Positions 53,139-64,000 of a stretch of DNA of 64,000 nt are shown here, one piece after another; within the stretch, counting starts at the first letter, position 1; every line of letters starts with the position of its first letter. The stretch lies in NCBI RefSeq assembly GCF_009914755.1, contig NC_060938.1; one strand, 5' to 3'. Both the position numbers and the translations under genes were made by a program. Origin of the DNA: the human T2T-CHM13v2.0 reference genome, Homo sapiens. The notes under the pieces are model-generated. The model searched no databases and was not told the origin of the DNA. It saw nothing but the letters and a program-made list of their open reading frames with translations.

Positions 53139-56100
53139 CTTTCTGAAAAAGTTCCCTCCCCACCCCCAACCTGCTTTTATAAGGAATCACTGTGCCCTGT
53201 TTCTTCTTTTTATTATGGGCATATGAGGAGTTGATTCGTGGATCTACTCTATTTAAACTGCCTTGAGGGAAGTATTAATATCTAACCCCCTGATGATGAG
53301 GATTGAGGAGTAGAAACATTTTTTAATATCTCTGCCTAGAATAAATTCATTTCAACACACTGCCACTTGCATATTCTCTGTTTGTCTTCTAATTTGCTCT
53401 GGCTCTCTAAGCAGTGATTAAGTCTATCACTTTCAATGTACATTGTTCAACAAAAGATTAAAACACCACAGCAATGGTTGAGTGTCCTTCAAAGGCTTGG
53501 TTTTAGGGTTATCTGTAGGAAACTCAATTCATGGTTTGTTCTGTTTGCCTGCAGAAAATAATATTCATTCTGTCTATATCCAGTAATGAAGAGAGGAGGG
53601 GGGTCTTTATCTGGAAGGGATACAAGGTATTACCTGTATCTTTTCAAAGAGAGACCCAGAATAGATTCTTTTTTTTTTTTTCTGAAGTATCATTATACCT
53701 TATCTTGCCATATAGGGGAGAAAATGAAAGGAAATTCATATAAGAAGTTGGGAATACTCTAGCAGCTCCAGGTTTTTCATATAGAAAAAGGTTGAGATGA
53801 AGATTTGCTGGGCAGCATGTCAAGAAAGGGTATCAAAGTCATCTTGATGTTGCAGTGTTGTGGCTCCATGAGGGCAGGTTGCAGCCGGGAAGGACCACCT
53901 TAGGCAAGCCTACATGAGGACACAGAAGTAAGACTGTAGGGCTAGACAACAGGCCTAACACTAGCGTGGCAACTTGAGAATTTTTCTATTGACACAACAA
54001 TTTAGTGAGAGAGTCTCACTACCTGAGCTTCAAGACCTCACAGGCTCACTTGTCTTATCATCAGATGAAGATGACTTCCTGCCTTGCCCCAGGATGATCT
54101 TGAGATCAAGATCTGACTACTGTAAACCTAGCATTTTGCATATGTATTTTTGTGCATGTTGGTGCAGGTTTATAATCATTAGTTTTCTACTGAGCAAAGC
54201 ATGTCTCTCTTTTTAAATGATTGTGACCTCCTTGAGGGAAAGAATTCTCTCTTTTCTTTTTATGTCCTCTGTACTTAGCAGAGCTAATGAACAACTAAAT
54301 CTTTCTGGAGGCAAAATGAGAAACTATTCAGGTGTAGCAGCGACTTTCAATCAGATTGCTAGATAGACAAAAGTACCAAATTCAAGCCAACTTTATTATT
54401 TGGAAGAATGAGAATACAAATTTCATAAATGGTTATGATCACCTTGGCCACCACTGTATCCCTGGTAATGTGACTAGTGCCTGGCAGGTAGGCAGATGTC
54501 ACTCAGTGAATATTTGATAGGTAAATTGGAGAGTGACTGGATTTACTTCTATCCTTTAATCTATGACTACTAAACATGAGATATTTTAATTTATTTGTAA
54601 ATTGTTTCAATTTTTTTGTGAGCTAAACTTGCCTATGAATTCAATTCAGCTTCTTCTAATTCTCCTTGTTTGCCGATCAACAAAAACATTTGAAAATTGT
54701 CTCTAATGAAAACTTGATGCATTCCGAATCAATGAAGGCAAAACCCTGAGGGGATCTGAATTCTGGATCAAAGGAAAATGCAAAAAGAAGAATAGTTTAC
54801 TAATCCAAAACTGAACCCTAAGGTAAAACATTAACTCTCTGCCTGCTGCTTTAATTGGTGAAGTGAGCAGATAATCAATATGGAGGATTGTTGAGAGCAG
54901 GGCATTCATTTCAGTGACGATCAATACCAGACCTGCCTTCAGGGGAGAGAGACGCCCTCTAAAGCTATGCCACCTGCTCCTAAAATCACTTCAAAAGGAA
55001 AGGAGGGAGGTTTTCTTCACACAATGTAAAGCTGACTTCTGAAATGGTATATATATTTGAAAAAAAAAAAACAATAATTTACCCTAGGCATCCTATTGGA
55101 TGGAACTCACTGCATTTTATATAGAGGGTTTCCTCAAAACTATATGCATGAAAAACAAGGTAGAAAATGGTGTCCTTAATTTCATTTATAAAATCTTTAA
55201 AGTTATTTCAGCAGTTTAGAGTTGTGAGAAATGACCAAATAAAATAATACCACATGCCCTTATTTAACCCTTAATACTGCTTAATCCTTTTTTGCTATAT
55301 ATTATCGCAGCTCGCTTCTTGAGAGTTGACCAGGCAAATATGGTGAGTTTGATCAGACAGCGATTGGTATTCCCATTTGACAGATAAGAGGATAGATAGT
55401 CATAGAGGTTAAGCCATTTTTATAGAGATTATCAAGCTAAAATTTTAGAGTTAAAACAGAAAAATAACGTTTTCTGCCTATATTAGAAAATAGGAGGAGT
55501 GACAACAAAGTGATACCAACTTTAACAAAAAGAAACTAGAAAAAGAAAAGCAAATAAAGTACAGAAGGTAGAAAAAATGAATAACAAAGATCAGGAAAGA
55601 AATCAGTGAAGTAGGAACATAAATCATTGAGAAAAACAAGAGATTAAAAAGCTGAATCTTTGAGATGCTCAATAATATTGATAAACCTCTAGCCAAATTA
55701 TCAGAAGAAAAAGAGCAAAGACACAAATTAAAATCAGGAATGAGAGCGGTGACATTACCACACATTCTACAGATATTAAAGGGATAATATGTGAGCACCA
55801 TGAACAATGCTATGCCAGTAAATTTGACAAGCTAGATTAAAATGGACAAATTCCTGGGAAAGCTGAAAATATGAAAGCTTACTCAACCAGAGCTAGAAAA
55901 CCTAAAGTCCACTGTGTATTAATAAAAAGAAAAAAACCTGGCAATACTATCTAAAAATCTCACAAAGAAATATTAGTCTTAGATGGTTTTACTGGTAAAT
56001 TCTATCAAACATGTAAGGAATAAATAATATACAAGTTCTATGCAAATTCTTCCAGAATATTTAAGAGAAAGCAACACTTTCAATTTATTTCTAACATACA

Positions 56101-56192
56101 GAAATTAGGCAAAAACATTACAATGAAACTATGGACCAATAACATTCATAAGCGTAAATGCAAACAATTTAAACAAAATATTATTAGCATAT

Positions 56193-57170
56193 ACAATTAT
56201 GGAGGCTGGAAAGTCCAAGGTCGAGGCCCTGGCAGGTGAGGGCCTGGTCTCTCTGTTTCCAAGATGGTGCCATGTTGCTGAACTTTTTAGGAGGTGGGAA
56301 AGCTGTGTCCTCACATGTGGAAGGCAGAGGGGCAAGAGAACCAAAAGCTGCCTGAAGAAGCCTTTCCTATAAGGACCTGAATCTCACTAATGCAGGGGCA
56401 GACATCATGGCCTAATCACCTCTTAAATGCCCCACTTCTTCTTTTTTTTTTTTTTTAATTATACTTTAAGTTCTAGGGTACATGTGCACAACGTGCAGTT
56501 TTGTTACATGTGTATACATATGCCATGTTGGTGTGCTGCACCCAGTAACTCGTCATTTACGTTAGGTATATCTCTTAATGCTCTCCCTCCCTGCTTCCCC
56601 CACCCCACAACAGGCCCCGGTGTGTGATGTTCTGCTTCCTGTGTCCAAGTGTTCTCATTGTTCAATTCCCACCTATGAGTGAGAACATGTGGTGTTTGTT
56701 TTTTTGTTCTTGCGATAGTTTGCTGAGAATGATGGTTTCCAGCTTCATCCGTGTCCCTACAAAGGACATGAACTCATCATTTTTTATGGCTGCCTAGTAT
56801 TCCATGGTGTATATGTGCCACATTTTCTTAATCCAGTCTATCATTGATGGACATTTGGGTTGATTCCAAGTCTTTGCTATTGTGAATATTGCTGCAATAA
56901 ACATACTTGTGCATGTGCCTTTATAGCAGCATGATTTATAATCCCTTGGGTATATACCCAGTAATGGGATAGCTGGGTCAAATGGTATTTCTAGTTCTAG
57001 ATCCTTGAGGAATTGCCACACTGTCTTCCACAATGGTTGAACTAGTTTACAGTCCCACCAACAGTGTAAAAGTGTTCCTATTTCTCCACATCCTCCACTT
57101 CTTAATACTATCACATTGGCCATTAAGTTTCAATGCCTGAATTTTGGAGGGGATATATTCAAACTATAGA
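56193..57170 (-). mobile_element. MST(B/C)-type LTR, partial, split by L1PA
   Basis: GGAGGCTGGAAAGTCCAAGG...TTCCAAGATGGTGCC...CCTAATCACCTCTTAAA, resuming AATACTATCACATTGGCCATTAAGTTTCAA. Confidence 0.85.
56441..57094 (-). mobile_element. 5'-truncated L1PA4/5 3' end
   Basis: T tail, ATACTTTAAGTTCTAGGGTACATGTGCACAACGTGCAG. Perfect 9-bp TSD CCACTTCTT at 56432-56440 and 57095-57103. Confidence 0.96.
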
Positions 57171-57685
57171 AATATATTTATGATATCTATTATAACCAAG
57201 TGAAGTTTATCCAAGAGTGTAAAATTGGTTTAATATTTTAAAAATCAATGCAATTCACCAAATTAACAACTCAAAAAGAAAATAAATTACTTCAATAGAC
57301 ACAGAAAAAGCACTTGACAAAAGCCAATATCCATTTTTATCAAATCTCTCAGCAACCTAGGAAAAGAAGATTTATTCAATCTGATGGAAAGCATATGACA
57401 AAAACTTACATAAAGTATTATACTTAATGGTAAAATGCTAAATGCTTTTTTTTCTATGATCAGGAACAAAAAACAATGTGCACTCTCAGCACTTCTATTC
57501 AGTTTTGGACTAGAAGTTCAACAGTGAAGTCAGGAAACAAAAAGAAATAAAAATATCTAGATTTGAAAGGAAGATGTCAAATTGTTTTTATTTTCAGAAA
57601 ATAAAACTGTCTGTTTAGAAGATCTGGTGGAACCCAACAAGATTATCTACAAGGACTAATAAATGAGTTTAATAAGGTGGCATGA

Positions 57686-57959
57686 TGTAGAAAAGCAAAA
57701 CTAGGTGCAGTGAGTCTATCCCAACAGAGTACTTGGCCAAACTGTTTACACCTGCCAGGGCAGTAGCTGATAGAAGCTTTAGATCTCCAGATTCACTTAC
57801 TTCTGTTTTTTCCAATAAGTCATATGTGAGGTCATATGCCCCTTTCAGCTTTTCCTCCACCTCATGGACTGCTGGAAATATTCCTGGCTTTGACATTACT
57901 AAAAAATCCTGCTGGTTGGAGAGAGAGAGAGATATATATATATATATATATATATCTCT

Positions 57960-57992
<33 letters not shown>

Positions 57993-58268
57993 GTATATAT
58001 ATATAAGAGATATATATATATCTCATATATATGTATATATATATAAGATATATATATTTTTTAGATATATATATTTTAGATATATATATATTTAGATATA
58101 TATTTTAGATATATATATATTTAGATATATATATTTATATGTATATCCTCTATAATATATGTCTGTCTGTCATCTATCATCTATCTATATATATTTTTAT
58201 ATATATAATATTAATATGTATATCCTCTATAATATATCTGTCTGTCATCTATCTATCATCTATCTATC

Positions 58269-58315
<47 letters not shown>

Positions 58316-58640
58316 GTATTTTTCTACCTACCTACCTATCTATTGTATATACCCAGACTCAGGCCCACAACTGTCTCTCTGTCTCTTTCTCTCTACCTGG
58401 ACATGAGAAAGCTTTCTTAAATATGGCCCTGTTGGTCCACAGACTCCCTGTGTTTTCCCTTGCTGTACCTCAGAGGAGTGCTGAAGTTTGCTTTGCTTAA
58501 GTAGGCAATAAAACTTAGAACTACCTGTGAACACTGTGTGACTTCATTTCTTTAAGCAATAAACCTTAGAACTACCTATGAACACTGGCTCCGGTTAGGT
58601 GTATTTGACGACTAAAACCTGGTGGCAGGAAGGGTGGGAA
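57686..58640 (+). mobile_element. LTR-like insertion (possibly ERVL MER70/MER76 group) in L1M
   Basis: Non-L1 block starting TGTAG between collinear L1 pieces, with AATAAA near its end. Family uncertain. Confidence 0.45.
57920..58350. repeat. Compound (GA)n/(TA)n/(TATC)n microsatellite
   Basis: Directly visible. Includes a duplicated ATGTATATCCTCTATAATATAT...TCTGTCTGTCATCTATC unit. Confidence 0.95.
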
Positions 58641-58877
58641 GATAAGGTCATTAATATACAGAAATCAATTGCATTTTCATATACCAGCAACTAAAAACTG
58701 GAAAATTAATTTTAAAAATTCCACATAGGATAGAATAAAAATTATTAAAAACTTAGAAATAAATTAGACAAAATATTTGAAATGCATGAACATTGAAAAT
58801 TATAAAATGTTGCTGAGAGAATTTAAGGGAGACCTAAATAAGTGGAGAGATTCAGCAGGATCTCGTTAAAAATTCCC

Positions 58878-61800
58878 TAGGTATACATGTGCCATGGTGG
58901 TTTGCTGCACCCATCAACCCATACTCTAGATTTTAAGCCCTGCATGCATTAGGTGTTTGTCCTAATACTATCCCACCCCTTGCCCCCAACCCCTGACAGG
59001 CTCCGGTGTGTGATATTCCCCTCCCTGTGTCCATGTGTTCTCATTGCTCAACTCCCACTTATGAGTGAGAACATGCAATGTTTGTGTTAGTTTGCTGAGA
59101 ATGATGGTTTCCAGCTTCATCCATGTTCCTGCAAAGGACATGAACTCCTCCTTTTTTATGGCTGCATAGTATTCCATGGTGTACATGTGCCACATTTTCT
59201 TTACCCAGTCTATCACTGATGGGCATTTGGGTTGGTTCCAAGTCTTTGCTATTGTGAACAGTGCCACAATAAACATGCATGTGCATGTGTCTTTATAGTA
59301 GAATGATTTATAATCCTTTGGGTATATACCCAGTAATGGGATTGCTAGGTCAAATGGTATTTCTAGTTCTAGATCCTTGAGGAATTGCCGCACAGTCTTC
59401 CACAATGGTTGAACTAATTTACACTCCCACCAACAATGTAAAAGTGTTCCTATTTCTCTACATCCTCTCCAGCATCTGTTGTTTCCTGACTTTTTAATGG
59501 TTGCCATTCTAACTGGCATGAGATGGTATCTCATTGTGGTTTTGATTTGTATTTCTCTAATAACCAGTGATGAGCTTTTTTCATGTTTTTGTTGGCTGCA
59601 TGCATGTCTTCTTTTGAGAAGCATCTGTTCATATCCTTTGCCCACTTTTTGATGGGGTTGTTTGTTTTTTTCCCGTAAATTTGTTTAAGCTCCTTGTAGA
59701 TTTTGGATATTATCCTTTTGTCAGATGGATAGATTGCAAAAATTTTCTCACATTCTGTAGGTCGCCTTTTCAAACTGATGATAGTTTCTTTTGCTGTGCA
59801 GAAGCTCTTTAGTTTAATTAGATCCCATTTGTCAATTTTGGCTTTTGTTGCAATTGCTTTTAGTGTTTTAGTCCTGAAGTCTTTGCTCATGCCTATGTCC
59901 TGAATGGCATTGCCTAGGTTTTCTTCTAGAGTTTTTATAGTTTTAGGTTTTACATTTAAGTCTTTAATCTATCTTGAGTTAATTTTTGTATAAGGTGTAA
60001 GGAAAGGATCTCCAGTTTCAGTTTTCTGATATGGCTAGCCAGTTTTCACAGCACCATGTATTAAATTGTTTTTGTCAAGTGTGTCAAAGATCAGATGGTT
60101 GTAGATGTGTGGTGTTATTTCTGAGGCATCTGTTCAGTTCCATTGGTCTATATCTCTGTTTTGGTACCAGTACCATGCTGTTTTGGTTACTGTAGCCTTG
60201 TAGTATAGTTTGAAGTCAGGTAGCGTGATGCCTCCATCTTTTTTTTTTTTTCCCTTAGGATTGTCTTTGATATATGGGCTCTTTTTCAGTTCCATATGAA
60301 ATTTAAAGTAGTTTTTTCTAATTCTGTGAAGAAAGTCGATGGTAGCTTGATGGGAATAGCAGTGAGTCTATAAATTACTTTGGGCAGTATGGCCATTTTC
60401 ATGATATTGATTCTTCCTATCCATGAGCTTGGAATGTTTTTTCCATTTGTTTGTGTCCTCTCTTATATCCTTGAGCAGTGATTTATAGTTCTTGAAGAGG
60501 TCCTTCACAAGTTGTATTCCTACGTATTTTATTCTCTTTGTAGCAATTGTGAATGCGACTTCACTCATGATTCAGCTCTCTCTTTGCCTATTATGGGTGT
60601 ATAGGAATGCTTGTGATATTTGCACATTGATTTTGTATCCTGAGACTTTGCTGAAGTTGCTTATCAGCTTAAGGAGTTTTGGGGCTGAGACTATGGGGTT
60701 TTCTAAATATACAATCATGTCATGTGCAAACAGAGACAATTTCACTTCCTCTCTTTCTATTTGAATACCTTTTATTTCTTTCTCTTGCCTGATCTCCCTG
60801 GCCAGAACTTCCAATACTATGTTGAACAGGAGTGGTGAGAGAGGGCATCCTTGTCTTGTGCCAGTTTTCAAAATGAATGCTTCCAGCTTTTGCCCATTCA
60901 GTATGATATTGGCTGTGATTTTGTCATAAATAGCTTTTATTATTTTGAGATATGTTCCATCAATACCTAGTTTATTGAGAGTTTTTAGCATGAAGGGGTG
61001 TTGAATTTTATTGAAGGCCTTTTCTGCATCTAGTGAGATAATCATGTGGTTTTTGTCATTGTTTCTGTTTATGTGAAGGATTGCATTTATTGATTTGTGT
61101 ATATTGGACCAGCTTTGCATCCCAGGATGAAGCCGACTTGATCATAGTTGATAAGCTTTTTGATGTACTGCTGGATTCAGTTTGCCAGTATTTTACTGAG
61201 GATTTTTGCATCAATGTTCATCAAGGATATTTACCTGAAGTTTTCTTTTTTGTTGTGTCACTCTCAGGTTTTGGAATCAGGATGATGCTGGTCTCATAAA
61301 ATGAGTTAGGGAGGAGTCCCACTTTTGCTACTCTTTGAAATAGTTTCAGAATGAATGCCAGCAGCTCCTCTTTGTACCTCTGGTAGAATTTGGCTGTGAA
61401 TCCATCTGGTCCTGGACTTTTTTTGGTTGGTAGGCTGTTAATTACTGCCTCAATTTCAGAACTTGTTATTGATCTATTCAGGGATTTGACTTCTTCCTGA
61501 TTTAGTATTGGGAGGGTTTATGTGTCCAGGAATTTATTCATTTCTTCTTGATTTTCTAGTTTATTTGCGTAGAGGTGTTTATAGTATTCTCTGGTGGTAG
61601 TTTGTATTTCTGTGGGGTCAGTTGTGATATTCCCTTTATTATTTTTTATTGTGTCTATTTGATTCTTCTCTCTTTTCTTCTTTATTAGTCTCAGTAGTGG
61701 TCTTTCTATTATGTTAAGCTTTTCAATAAACCAGCTCCTAGATTCATTGATTTTTTGAAGGGTTTTCCACGTCTCTATCTCCTTCAGTTCTGCTCTGGTC

Positions 61801-62931
61801 TTAGTTATTTCTTATCTTCTGCTAGCTTTTGAATTTGTTTGCTCTTGCTTCTCTAATTCTTTTAATTGTGATATTAGGGTGTTGATTTTAGATCTTTCCC
61901 ACTTTCTGAGGTGGGCATTTAGTGCTATAAATTTCCCTCTAAACAGTGCTTTAGCTGTGTCCCATAGATTCTAGTACTTTGTGTCTTTGTTCTAATTAGC
62001 TTCAAGGAACTTATTTATTTCTGCCTTAACTTCGTTATATACTCAGTAGTCATTCAGGAGCAGGTTGCTCTGTTTGCATGTAGTTGTGCGGTTTGGGGTG
62101 AGTTCCTTAATCCTGAGTTCTAACTTGATTGCACTGTGGTCTGAGAGACTGTTTTGTATAATTTTTGTTATTTCGCATTTGCTGTGATGTGTTTTGCTTC
62201 CAATTATGTGGCCCATTTTAGAATGAGTGGTGTGGTACTGAGAAGAATCTGTATTCTGTTGAAATGGGGTGGAGAGTTGTGTAGATGTCTATTAGGTCCA
62301 CTTGGTCCAGAGTTGAGTTCAAGTCCTGAATATCCTTGTTAATTTTCTGACTTGTTGTTCTGTGTAATATTGACAGTGGGGTGTTAAAGACTCCCACTAT
62401 TATTGTGTGGGAGTCTAAGCCTCTTTGTAGGTTTCTAATAATTTGCTCTATTAATCTGGATGCTCCTGTATTGGGTGCATATATATTTAGGATAGTTAGC
62501 TCTTCTAGTTGCATTGAGCCCTTTACCATTATGTAATGCCCTTCTTTGTCTTTTTTGATCTTTGTTGGTTTAATGTCTGTTTTATCAGAGAGTAAGATTG
62601 CAATCCTTGCTTTTTTTTTTTTTTTTTTTTTGCTTTCCATTTGCTTGGTAAATATTCATCCATCCCTTTATTTTGAGCCTATGCATGTCTTTGCATGTGA
62701 GATGGATCTCCTGAATACAGCACACCGATGGGTCCCAGGCCCCTTGCACTTCCTTGGTGAGGCGATGCCCCACCCTGCTTCTGCTCATCCTCCGGGTGCT
62801 GCACCCACTGTCAAACCAGTCCCAATGACATGAGCTGGGTACCTCAGTTGGAAATGCAGAAATCACTCACCTTCTGCATTAGTCTCCCTGGGAGCTGCAG
62901 ACCAGAGCTGTTCCTATTTGGCCATTTTACC
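58878..62931 (-). mobile_element. L1PA8-like element: 5' terminus retained, ORF1 deleted, ORF2 decayed, tail missing
   Basis: 3' UTR AGATTTTAAGCCCTGCATGCATTAGG. ORF-track fragments match L1 ORF2p EN, RT ([32 protein letters not shown]) and C-terminus. 5'UTR at 62735-62931. Confidence 0.95.
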
Positions 62932-62939
62932 TCGCTACT

Positions 62940-64000
62940 GAATCTAAGATTTTCTAGGTATAGAATCATATCTCAGTGAAGAGAGATAGCTTGACTTCCT
63001 CTTTTCATATTTGGATGCCCTTTATTTCTTTCTCTTGCCTCATTCTTCTGGCTAGGACTCCCAGTAGTATATTGAATAAGGGTGTTGAGAGTGGGCATCC
63101 TTGTCTTGTTTAGTTTTTAAGGGGAGTAGTTCAAGGTTTTGCTCATTCAATATGATGTTGGCTGTGGATTTGTCATAGACGGCTCTTATTACTTTTAGGT
63201 GTGTTCCTTTGAAGTCTAGTCTGTTGAGGATTTTTATTATGAAGGGATTTTGGATTTTATTGAAAGCTTTATCTGTGTCTATTGAGATGGTCCCATGGTT
63301 TTAGCTTTTAATTCTGTTTATATGGTGAATCACATTTATAGATTTGTATATGTTGAACCAACCCTGCATCCCAAAAATAAAGCTTACTTCATCATGCTGT
63401 ATTAACTTTTTCATGTGCCGCTGGATTTGGTTTGCTGATACTTTGTTGAGGATTTTTGAACGTATGTTCATTAGAGATATTGGCCTGATGTTTACTTCTT
63501 TGTTGTTGTTTCTCTGCTAGATTTTGGTAGCAGACTGATGCTAGCTTCATAGAATGAGTTAGAGAGGAGCCCCTCCTCCTCGATGTTTTGGAATAGTTTC
63601 AGTAGGATTAGGATTAGTTCTACTTTGTACATCTGGTAGAATTTGGCTGTGCATCTGTCCGGTCCAGGCCTTATTTTGGTTGGTAGGTTCTTTATTACTG
63701 ATTCAATTTCAGAAGTTGATACTGGTCTATTCGGGGTTTCGATCTTTTCCTAATTCAGTTTTGGGAGATTGTATGCTTCCAGGAACTCATCTGTTTCCTC
63801 TACATTTTCTAATTTGTGTGCATAGAGTTGTTGATAGTCTCTGAGGATCTTTTGTATTTCTGTGGTATCAATTGTAGTGTCAGCTTTGTAGTTTATGTTT
63901 GTGCTTATTTTGATTTTCTCTAGCTAGTGGTCTATCAATCATATTTATTCTTTCAAAGAACCAACTATTGGTTTCATTGATCTTGCATATGAATTTTTGT
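62940..64000 (-). mobile_element. Older L1 (L1PB/L1PA15-16-like) ORF2, continues beyond the window
   Basis: TTTTCTAGGTATAGAATCAT...GAGAGTGGGCATCCTTGTCTTG...ATAGAATGAGTTAG. Confidence 0.88.

Larger units (their letters stand above)
55478..58850 (+). mobile_element. Old L1M ORF2 fragment, host to MST, L1PA and another LTR
   Basis: A-rich sense L1 ORF2 (ATTGATAAACCTCTAGCCA; AAATGGACAAATTCCT; CAGAAAAAGCACTTGACAAAA). Confidence 0.85.

Noticed and set aside
57669-57896. Protein-like 75-aa ORF
   Set aside because: Lies antisense within an LTR-like insert and has no recognisable homology.
58968-62640. Long ORFs (225, 182, 140, 119 aa) with RT/EN motifs
   Set aside because: These are fragments of one frameshifted L1 ORF2 (FAHDM instead of FADDM), not a functional gene.

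Overview
AT-rich primate (very probably human) non-coding DNA, either intergenic or deep intronic, and dominated by transposable elements. I find no supportable host protein-coding gene, RNA gene or CpG island. The ORFs in the track are Alu, THE1/MST, L1 or microsatellite read-throughs, or short chance ORFs. Contents: about 11 Alus/Alu fragments, L1s of many ages (L1ME/MC/MA/PB/PA), three MaLR (THE1/MST) proviruses with internal regions, many solo LTRs (MER4, MLT1, MLT2, LTR33, MER74), MIR/L2/MER5/MER20 relics, and a complete Ricksha (Mutator-like) DNA transposon with recognisable transposase remnants and a captured ERVL piece. The most unusual structure is a nested, two-age inverted duplication of non-TE sequence at 35.7-38.9 kb. 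Its inner arms (~232 bp, ~95% identical) enclose a 1.29-kb spacer. Its outer arms (~386 bp, ~88-89% identical) include a right arm inserted inside a MER4 LTR. Several smaller templated-insertion or duplication scars occur elsewhere. Subfamily names come from remembered consensus sequences, not from a database search. Identities were counted by eye, and the boundaries of old repeats are approximate.
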